The notes under the pieces were generated by a model, which saw only the letters and a list, made by a program, of their open reading frames with translations, was not told where the DNA came from and made no database searches. 64,000 bases of DNA. Origin: Selaginella moellendorffii (Eukaryota; Plantae; Lycopodiophyta). Numbering within the stretch: the stretch's first letter is position 1; each line of letters begins with the position of its first letter. This document shows, piece by piece, positions 1 through 9,698 of the stretch. Both the position numbers and the translations under genes were made by a program. Location: positions 1,704,052 to 1,768,051 of the forward strand of contig NW_003314273.1 of assembly GCF_000143415.4 (NCBI RefSeq), given 5' to 3'.

Positions 1-2083
1 CTGCCAGGTGACTGAACATGGCATTGACGTCTTCATGAGTGTGCCCAACCATGAGAAAGCCAAGTGTAACCGTTTCAAATATGCCTTTAGCAACAAGCAT
101 CGCCAAGTACGCGAAGACGTACATGTTTTTGTTCTCACTGCCAGCATTGTCTGTTTGGAGCAGAAGATGGGGTGGAAGGCCACATCGGCCGCAAGAACTT
201 CCTTGAGATTCTGCTTCGTTTGGATGAGGCTGTGCATTCACCGGGCGACCAGCCTCGTCGGAATGGCATGAGGCCTCATGTGATAACCCTACAATCTGAC
301 GGCCAACATATTCACTGGGATGGCATGGGGCCCCACGCGATACTGCAAGCCTTTGCTCCTCCTCCAGCTGAACCCTGTATGGGGTTCGATCGACAAGGGC
401 CTTATGCAAGGGTTGGCCGTTCAGCTCAGTCTGCGCACTTTGCAGAGACCTTAAGTGTTTTGCTAGGGACGCAATCATCATGTTTGCACCTCCGCCACCC
501 CATAGAGGTATAAAGAAGTTCCCATAGTTCTGGGCACCATGCCCATGAGCGATTATGCCAAACAGAGACACAGGCAGCTGCATGGATGAAGAGATTGCCT
601 TGGGGGCAGGATTGAGTCGAGGTAAGCACGTCTTTTTCTGGTCCATTTTATCGTGGATGATGCAGAGGTAAGAGTCAGGTCTCTCCATGGAGAGAATCCT
701 GTTATGATAATATGCAGTCCTGCAGCTTCTCTGCTCGATGTTGTGGTCGAGCCGCCTTCTAACCAACGTCTCTCGCTCTTGAGCGATGCAAGAATTCTTC
801 GACAAAGCCATTTTGATAGCAGTGCACTCGTCACACTTTGAAAAGCTGGAGTACTTTCCTATACTCACATCCCTGAACCTATTGCTCCACAATCTACTAA
901 ATCTAGATTGGCTCAGCTTCCTGTAGCCATTACTCTGGAGTTCCCGATTCACATCTTCCAATATGGCCCCCTTGGTATACATGGAAGGGAGAACTCGTTG
1001 GGTGTCTCGAGTTCCATCTTCTAAGAGGCGGGTTTTATGTGGTTGCCGCTCACTACATGTCTCGACAAACCTCTTGAAGATTGCCACTCCATATACAACA
1101 TGACCCCTGGTTTTATGAGTACCGTCGTTCCCATGGACTGCCTATTGAACCCTTTGTTCCTCGAACTCAGTTTTGATTCTGTAGAATGTGGTTCGAGGGA
1201 CTCCATAAATGATTCTCCATGCCTTCATGCAGACCAAACCCCTCTGGAAGACCATGCCCCCCACCTGATGTTCTGAAGCATCAACAGATGACCGTAATGC
1301 CTCATACACAAAATTGCGAGCTGCCTTCCAGGACAATGTCTTGTATCTTGCTCTCTCCTCTTCAATAGCATCCCAATCAGCATGTTGACAGCACCTCCTC
1401 TTGCAACAAGCAACTGTCGAGACCATTCGAACCTCCATCGCCATTTTCTGCCTTTTCGGTTCGTTGCTCAGATCCCTTTGGCTGCGCTTTAGGAAGGTGT
1501 ACTTTCTTTTCCCATGAAGAGATGTTCTGTCATCAGTTGTAGTGGTGTTTGATTGTGAATCCTTCACATTCTCAAACACTAAGTGCCTCAATTTCCACCG
1601 CACAATGCTTCCAATAGTCAGACTGTTTTCTTCTGTGTCAACAACCTCTAAAATCGCAACTCCAATATCATCCTAGCCCAATTCTTGATTAGCAACCGCA
1701 TCTCTTGGATCGACAACTGTGGCTAAGCCCTCAGCTACCACCTCCCCCTCGGGGTTGTTTAGAAACACCTTTGCCTGAATCCATGTAGCACAGTTCTTAA
1801 GATCCACGGAGGGAACATGCGTCGCACTTGCGCTGTCCCCAACATCTGCTTTCTTCTGAAGATTTTTCAAGGCAACAACAACATTTACCCCGACGACCAT
1901 CTCTCCTCGTTCAATAGCGACCACATTCCCATCGAAGACAGTCTCTACTGATACAGCAGCATTGCCTTCCCTAAGCCTTTGACAGTGTATAACAAAGTTC
2001 CGATCCATAGACACAAGGGTCCCTTTTGCAACTCTCTTCCCACCATTCAAAATGTAAACCTTTTCCCCAACCCTGAAGGCCAT
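1..2083 (-). pseudogene. Sola-like (DUF7869-type) DDD transposase with two N-terminal Tnp1/En-Spm-like repeats; continues beyond window start
   Basis: One continuous minus frame runs from ATG 2083 to the window edge, broken only by TAG at 1673-1675 and 1142-1144; most of it is missing from the ORF track. Hand translation gives CCKRRCC, VCMKAWRIIYGVPRTTFYR, FSKCDEC, LCIIHDKMDQKKT, LLLQTDNAGSENKN and FLMVGHTHEDVN, the DxMDQ / DN-x3-ENKN / GHTHEDxD pattern of this family. N-terminal repeats: VAKGTLVSMD and VAEGLATVVDP. Confidence 0.8.
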
Positions 2084-2359
2084 TCTGAAAGTGTAGAAAA
2101 GAAGTTAAGACCATACAAAAAATGATTGGAGAATGGCCTAAATCATAACATACCAAACAACCTCAATAGCATGAGGCCACATGCCATTATTCAAACATGC
2201 TATTGACACCCACGTGAAATTTCGCATTCACAAAATTGGCATGAGGCCTCATGCCATCTTGATAAACACACAGCTACAGGCAGGTAAAGAAACTATTGGC
2301 AATATGCTAGTGATGAACTTGCAAGCCCCAAGATGGCATGAGCCCTCATACCATTAGTG

Positions 2360-4319
2360 GTACCGTAGTGCCGCTCGCACCACCGCAACTGCTCGTAGCG
2401 CCGCTCGCACAAACTGCCACTCGCATAAACTGCTGCTCGCAATGGCACTCGCAATGTGACAACCGCTCGTAGACGCATAAACCACAGCTCACAACGCCGC
2501 TTACACAAGCAGCGCTCACTGCGCTCAGCGGAACCAAGAACACGGCGCACAAAAATGATAGACCTAGGAATGAGTTCAAGAATTCAAAAATAACACACGC
2601 TTGAACGTCACATCAAATCCTCTGACAAACCAGATCTTATGATTCCTCTGACAAATTTCAAACTGAGTAGCTTCTAGACTTTGTTGTCGGACGTTGAACT
2701 TTGTCATATCATGTCCTTGCCTCGATCCAGCTGTGCCATGTCAGTGATTCGAATTTTGCCATGCCATGTCAGCGATCCGCGCCAAGATTATTCGTCGTGT
2801 AAAGGAATAATCATGCTGTGTGTGTACGTCCATTTATGGCAATATAAGGCCACACGCCATTCAAAGAATAATGCTAGTCGAGCATTTTTTGGTGCATTTT
2901 TGGGTTCAAAATTGCATGAGCCTACACGCTATAAAGTTTACCTATACCAAAAATAGAAACAGCTTTATTTATTTGGGAATTTAAATCGTTGAGGCATTTT
3001 TAAACTTACAAACACATGCCCTACTTACATTCCTTTGGTTGCTTAAAATTCAAAAATATTATAAACCTTTCTTTTTACATTTTGAATGTTTTCAATTATG
3101 GTTTTTGATTTTAGCAGGACCAGCCTAGTAATCTATTTGCATCCCGTCATGTTTATAGCTAGCTTTCGTTTGTCCCCTTCACTAGCCTGAGATACATCTG
3201 CTCGGCATCTGCCTCTTACAGCATTTGCCTAGAAAGGGCATCTTTCTTCACGCAGCATTTGCCACATGTTTAGGGTTTAGGGTTTAGCAATTCAGTAGCT
3301 TGATAAACATGCAAATACAGAACTTGATGCAAAATCCTTTGATATGTCACAATGCCCCTAGGACCATAAACACATTTCAATAGAGAGGGTCCTTTCATTT
3401 CATAACTCTTTACATAGATCTTGGTGAAACCAGAGTTAGTGAAGTTGGTTTCTTGTGATCCCGCATCTGATTGTGATGTCCCTTTGCAGTGTCGATGGAA
3501 AGGTCAATGCACACCAAACTGTAGAATCTTGGAGCAAAATAACGGTCGGATCTATGGCAAATGCCCCTGAAACATTGTAAGGCTCGTGTGGTCTCATGTG
3601 GTGTCCGATCGAGATGCTTCTTTGCAGGGTCATCAAGAAGGACATTGTATACCATTCTTTATTTAGTTGAACATCTGGCATTTTTGGAAATACAAGATGC
3701 TTTGGAATATCCAATCATGCATGGTATAAATATAGCGAGGGTATTAAATGATATCTCAATCATGATCTTTCTTTTGGATTTTGTGTGCATGCAGTCTGAG
3801 GAATGATGACGTTGCGGATTTCTTTTGGATTTCACGTGCATGCATGCGCGCGGCGATCCAGAAATTAATGGTGGTGCCCAAGTCCGAGGAATGATGACGT
3901 TGCGGGATTAACAACCGTTGTGACATTTCGCGCGTGTGAGGTTAGGTTTTGCATTTTGCTTCGTACTCGCGCTCGCATTGCGCTCCCACTCTTGATCACG
4001 CTCACATTCGCGCTCATCTACCTTCTCTACAGGTTTGTCGTGTGCATCGGCGTCCACTCGCGCTTGCATCACACTCACGCTCACATCGCGCTCGTGTGCA
4101 TCGGCGTCCACTTCAAAACACACCCAGTTTGTAACTTCGCCGCCAACTCCGCCGCCCACTCCGCCACCCACACGCAGCCCACTTGGCGTCCCGGGAGATT
4201 TCAGTGCCACTCTCCAACTGTAAGTGGCAGAGTAGCCTTGCTGCTACGATCCGCTGCACACACAGTGCACATTCGCCAGTGAGTCCGGCCTCGATTGTCA
4301 CGCCTCCATTCGGCTTCAA
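2360..4319. promoter_or_regulatory. Divergent (bidirectional) promoter / 5-prime UTR region between transposase and cargo gene
   Basis: The two genes are head-to-head. The region has CCGCTCGCAC-type short repeats (2370-2530), TTAGGGTTTAGGGTTTAG (about 3269-3287), a duplicated GAGGAATGATGACGTTGCGG (about 3798 and 3886), and a GC-rich CGCTC/CGCG patch (3930-4200) followed by splice-donor-like GTAAGT/GTGAGT. Confidence 0.45.
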
Positions 4320-7300
4320 ATGGTAAGTCTTTTAGGCCAAGTAGAAAATGGCATGAGGCCACATGCCATTCAGTAGCAACATTGGCATGCACCGATTGGG
4401 CTCTCGAGTGCAGTCCGGTTACAGATGGTGTGTAGCCTCACGCCATCTTAGGATGCAGCCTCAAGACATCTGATGCAGTGGTGAATGGCGTGTGGCCTCA
4501 TGTTATTTCCAGCTGCTAGCTTTTCATCTGTCAGCTCTAATTGTTGTGCATTTCTGAACAGGCAAGGAATTGCGTTCTTCTTCCAACCACTGTCAATGTG
4601 GATGCAGAGAAGGGGGAGGAGCTCACCAGTTGGACTTTCGGGATGGAAGGCGAGGATCTGAGGCTGTACAACACAGATGGTGGGAGAAAAGAATGCATGG
4701 GGATCCTCATCCAAGTGACAAACACTCCATGTAGTTCCATGCAAGAATATGGACTGGCACTTGTGGTAGAGACAGTGTCTGCCTTCAAGATCCACCTTGC
4801 ACATCCTAGCGGCTTCCCAGAGGGGGGCAGCGGCTATGAGGAATTCCTAGAGGGAGCTAGGGAGAGGTTGTCCAGGAGGCCCACAATTTCAAAGACGCTG
4901 CAGGTCTATGAAGATCACATGGAATCCACGGACCTCACCTACGGCGATGTTCAAAAACTATATTCCAACATTGAGCCGTTGAGAGTGATTGCAGTTCGCG
5001 AAGCGAAGGGGAAGGGGGTCGATCTGGAAACTACCCCGAAGCAGAAAAGGGTGGTCAAGCTCAAGCCGACGTCCGACTCTCCTACTCCAAAAAAGAAGCT
5101 ACTCGGTGATGCCATTGCCTCGGGTTCGAACACTACACCCACCAAAAAGAAGAGCCGCAAAGAGCAGAAAGAGCAAGAAGAGGCAGCAAAAATCGTCGCA
5201 GATAATAGTACTTGTTACTATTCCAACAAAGTATATACAATCGACGTGAGCCACATCGACATCCAAAGCAAATACAACCATAGGCTAGTATCTGATGAGT
5301 GGGTGGAGAAACTGAAGCAGAAGACGCTGGCAAGTCCAGTAACACCCGACATCGCAGACGTGATCCCCTACTACCGAACAATGAAGGGCGAGACGAGGTT
5401 TCCAGACTTGATCAATAGGAAGGTGTTGGACGATCAGAACATCTGGTTCTATGCCGTCTCCGGGCAGCATTCTAGCTTGGCGATGCAAGAGATAGTTGTG
5501 GATATTATGGTGGGCGAGGAGGTGAAGAAAGTCTTCAAGACAAGAGTTGTCCTCCTGATAAAAGGCAACTCGCCCTTCCGATCTATCATATACATCTCCC
5601 ACGTGCAGAATGTCAAGCAAGAAACGTGCTACAAATCGGGTCTGCACGAGACATTGGCATGAACACGGAAGCTCTGGGTTCAACTAAAGAAGCCACAAAA
5701 CCAGGACAAGGACGTGCACTAGCAACTAGCGCCTGGTAGGTAAGCCTCGTTGCATGTGGCATAGCATGTGGCCTCACGCCATTTCCATTGCAGGAATTCT
5801 CGAGTCTTCTCTCGAAAACACTGGGGGTCAATGACACACTCAGCATCCATAACATTCTACTCGCGACAAAAGTTGTTTTTGACAAATGGGTAGATGTGCT
5901 GAGGAGGTACCATGACGGGGAGTTGCTAAACTCAATGGGTGTGGAGGACGGCCGGAAGCCCAATGATTTGAAGCTCAATGCCTTGCGTTTCTCGCGGTCT
6001 CTAGACGACGACGACCTTCTGACATTGGCTAATGCTCTTCTACGTGGTGAGGTAGTCTTCAACAAGACCAAAATAACTCCCGGCCATATTGTGACATACG
6101 AGGACTTGTGCACGACTCTAAAAGCTCGTGTGCTATTGAAGGATTGGATCTTCGAGCAAGTGGCCATGGAGAGGGTGAGCATCGACACCACGCAAGAGAT
6201 GATGGAAGCGCTGGAGTTGTCAAATGAAGACATCGACGAGTACATGAAAGGGGCCCCCAAGTTCATCGATCTGCTGCGGGATGCCACGAAAAGTAAAGCT
6301 GAGAAGTTGGATCAGTATCCAAATTTCATTAAGAGGGATGTCGACCGCCGGCTTCAGAAACAGCTCGACCCCGCAGCAGAGGCCTATCGAGAACCTTACC
6401 GGGTATACGTGAATTCGGATGAGGATCAAAGGTGGAGGAGCATCATTTCCCGCGGAGATGAGCAGGTCAAGAACATCTTTTGTGTGATGGACTTCACAAA
6501 CGAGGAGATCACTCATGCAGATGAAGTCAGCTCCATCATTGACTTAATGGTGGGATGTGCGGAGGTGGAATCTTCAGTCCACTATATGATCTACGACTCC
6601 GAATCCTATCACAAGTTCTGGAAGGCCTTGAACGAGGTGAAGGCTCGGTTGAAAGGCAAGGAGATGCGGGAGATCCATGGGATAATGGCTAAGAAGAAGA
6701 TACCGACGAATGTTCGCATCTTCACACTCGCCCTTGTTATTGGTCCTGCAGCAGAGTGGGATTGGAGTGACTTCCCAGCTTCGTTCGACAAGGCCGATCG
6801 AATTGATCTGAGGGAGGTCAATTTACCCGTGCCTGAGGAACTGAAGACGGCTATGGAGCTTTCGAATCCAGAGAAAGCTCTAGGTGCAGCATGGGAAATG
6901 CTCAGCTGGGTCTTCAATGCAATAGCGAGTGGGTCACCTGCTTTCGACTCCAAGGGCAAATGCGTTGTCGAGTACAACTGTGGCGGACTATTCTTTCGAG
7001 CCGCACTACTCAAGGGTGTCCTGTGTGTTGCGGTGACAAACTCCATTGAAGAGGTGACTTCAATGGAGCATATAATTACAGTTGCCAAAGAAAAACAGTA
7101 TCTTCTCTACGAACCTGGTGAGTACGCACTTTAAGTTTAAATGTTATCTCACAAGCTCTGTATGCAAGAGCGTGGCCACCCCTAGATGCTGAAACGGCGT
7201 TAACAGCTACTGTTGAAGATACCCATGTTGGGCCGAGCTCACAACCTGCACAAGGTAAGGCCACGTGAGGCCTCACGCCATTTTGATTATAGATCGTTGT

Positions 7301-7928
7301 GAATATTCAGACACGAGGACTGAAAAGCGCACTGGTGGCGCGTTGAAGAAGGACAAACAGACAAGCAATAGGAAAAAAGGAGGTACAAATTATATTTGCA
7401 CTGGTGTGTGGTCTCATGCCATTCCTTGCAGGAGACACTTCTTCAAAGGCAAAACAGGCAAGCACCAGCCAAGCTCAAACTGACAGTGGTCATAAAAAGC
7501 GAAAGCACGTTGGATAGTCGTCGGGATCAGAGGCGTTTGATTCGAAAAGGAAGAAGGGCAACGAAAAGATGATAGGTAATGCCTCGCGGTTATGGCATGT
7601 GTGCTCATGCCATTCATTGCAGATCAAGGGCTGAGTGAAAGCAACCAGTCACCACCTCCTGACTCAGATTCCTATGGCGGACTCCCCTTCCCCAATCTCA
7701 ATGGAGAGGTACAATGGATGAGGGATGCTTTTGAAGTCAGGGCCACGTTTTTCTCATCTCGTCGTCTTCGAAGGGTGCAAGAACGTGCAGAAACCATGTT
7801 AAGACAGTCGGGTGAGGATACGGTCCTAGGTCACGCACTAAAACAGGCTATGGATGTCTTGTATTTTGAGATGGAGACTCGGCCAGATGATTTTCCCAAG
7901 ATGGTCCTAGAAGAACAAGCCATCCAGC

Positions 7929-9044
7929 TGTAAGCGACTAATTTTTCCATTCTACTTTAGTCACTTAACCACACCTCCGACCACTTGGAGGAGTCTCATT
8001 CACAACCTCCATAAGTCCAACTTAGGACTTGGGGCTTGCTAGCCCCGAGAATGGCATCCATGCCACTCAACCTTAGCACTTGGTCCAAGTGCTCCACGTG
8101 TCCGATCCCATGATCGACACCCCAAGGTACCACCAACGTATCGGCCCGTTACGCTAAGGCCATGCCCAATTACCTTGGTCACACTGGTGGTCCAACACCA
8201 CCTGCATTCCAATCCCGTCTCTCAAAGACTGGGTCATCCGTCCATGAGGGATCATCCCAGATCCACTCCTTAACATCCTTAGGATGCCTACAGACATGGG
8301 GAATAGCCTTCCCCAATATCTCTGTTCCGGTCCCCACCAAGTCCCTTTCTGTCCTTGGCTATGTTCGCCAACACTGCCACTGGATCAAGGCCCACCGGCC
8401 CTACCACTAAGTCCCACTATCCTCGAGGACTTCCTCACTGTGTGACTGTGTCCTTGGTCACCCCACCAGAGGGCTACCCCTCTTCCTTTCCATAGTCTGG
8501 GACTTTGGGACACCATTTCGGAACACCGTGGCCTTACGCGAGCCACCTGGGTACTCTCCCCACCTTTCGCCTTTAAGTGCTCTAGCCATGGGCTTAGAGC
8601 GAGGTTCCGTTGAGCCACGCCTGGTATCCAAGTAGGTAGTGCCACCCACACTTGGACTGGGAGCATCGGCCAGTCGATCTCCCGGGGGAACTAGAGCCGG
8701 CTCTTGAACACTTCACCAAGCTACCCCGCTTGTCGGTCTGTGTTCACTCTAGTCTTGGACTTCCCAGTGGGCAGCTCATCACCCAACACTGGTTCCGGCC
8801 TTCCTGGGCCAAACTGGCCTTTCCTGGCCAAACTGGCTCCACTGCAGTCCTCCCCCTTACTATACTTTTGGAGCTCACCAAACCCCCCAGGGTCTGGGAG
8901 ACGAACGCTTTGGGCTTTCACCCTCTCAGGCTCCGGACTCGGACTCGGACTCGGACTCGGACTCGGACTCGGACTCGGACTCGGATTCGGACTCGGACTC
9001 GGCCTCGGGCTCGGTCTCGGCCTTGGCCTCGGTCTCGGTCCCGA

Positions 9045-9076
<32 letters not shown>

Positions 9077-9698
9077 CCGGTCTCGGTCTCGGTCTCGACT
9101 TCGGACTCCATCTCGGACTCCATCTCAGACTCCATCTCGGACTCCATCTCGGACTCCATCTCGGACTCCATCTCGGGTCCATCTCGGGTCCATCTCGGAC
9201 TCCATCTCGGGTCCATCTCGGACTCCATCTCGGACTCCATCTCGGGTCCATCTCGGACTCCATCTCGGACTCCATTTCGGGTCCATCTCGGGTCCACCTC
9301 GGACTCCATCTCGGACTCCATCTCGGACTCCATCTCGGGTCCATCTCGGACTCCACTTCGGACTCCAACTCGGGTCCATCTCGGGTCCACCTCGGACTCC
9401 ACTTCGGACTCCATCTCGGGTCCATCTCGGACTCCACTTCGGACTCCAACTCGGGTCCATCTCGGACTCTCCCACGTGTCATGTGTTGGTCCTTTTGGGT
9501 CCCTTTTTGGAGCCTCGCCTTTTGCTCGCTTCGTGCTCGTTCCTTGAGCACTTCGTTGGGAGTTCCACTCCTGCTCTTGACTTTTCAAGTCGGAGCTTTT
9601 GGTCCAAACGTGTTACGCTCGTTTGGCTCTCGCTTCGGCCACTACCACGTGGCGCCCTTCCGGCTCCACTTTGGGGCCTAGGGATTTTGTGTCTCACA
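7929..9698 (-). mobile_element. Solo LTR, family A (about 1.77 kb)
   Basis: TG...CA ends (TGTAAGCGAC ... GTCTCACA) and a perfect 5-bp TSD CCAGC (7924-7928 / 9699-9703). It is the reverse complement of the LTRs at 47352 and 53248 and sits inside a coding exon. Confidence 0.93.
8930..9470. repeat. Hexamer/dodecamer tandem array within the family A LTR (GGACTC, GGTCTC, CTCCATCTCGGA)
   Basis: Directly visible. The same array recurs at about 14680-15240, 36935-37170, 47580-48135 and 53480-54035 with different unit numbers. Confidence 0.95.

Noticed and set aside
3269-3287. Telomere or interstitial telomeric array
   Set aside because: Fewer than three units; at most a telo-box.
8050-8068. ATGGCATCCATGCCAC in family A LTRs as a copy of the transposon palindrome
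   Set aside because: It lacks the 6-nt spacer geometry, so it is treated as coincidental.
9100-9470. Regular repeat array resembling CRISPR
   Set aside because: No unique spacers, no cas genes, and a eukaryotic LTR context.
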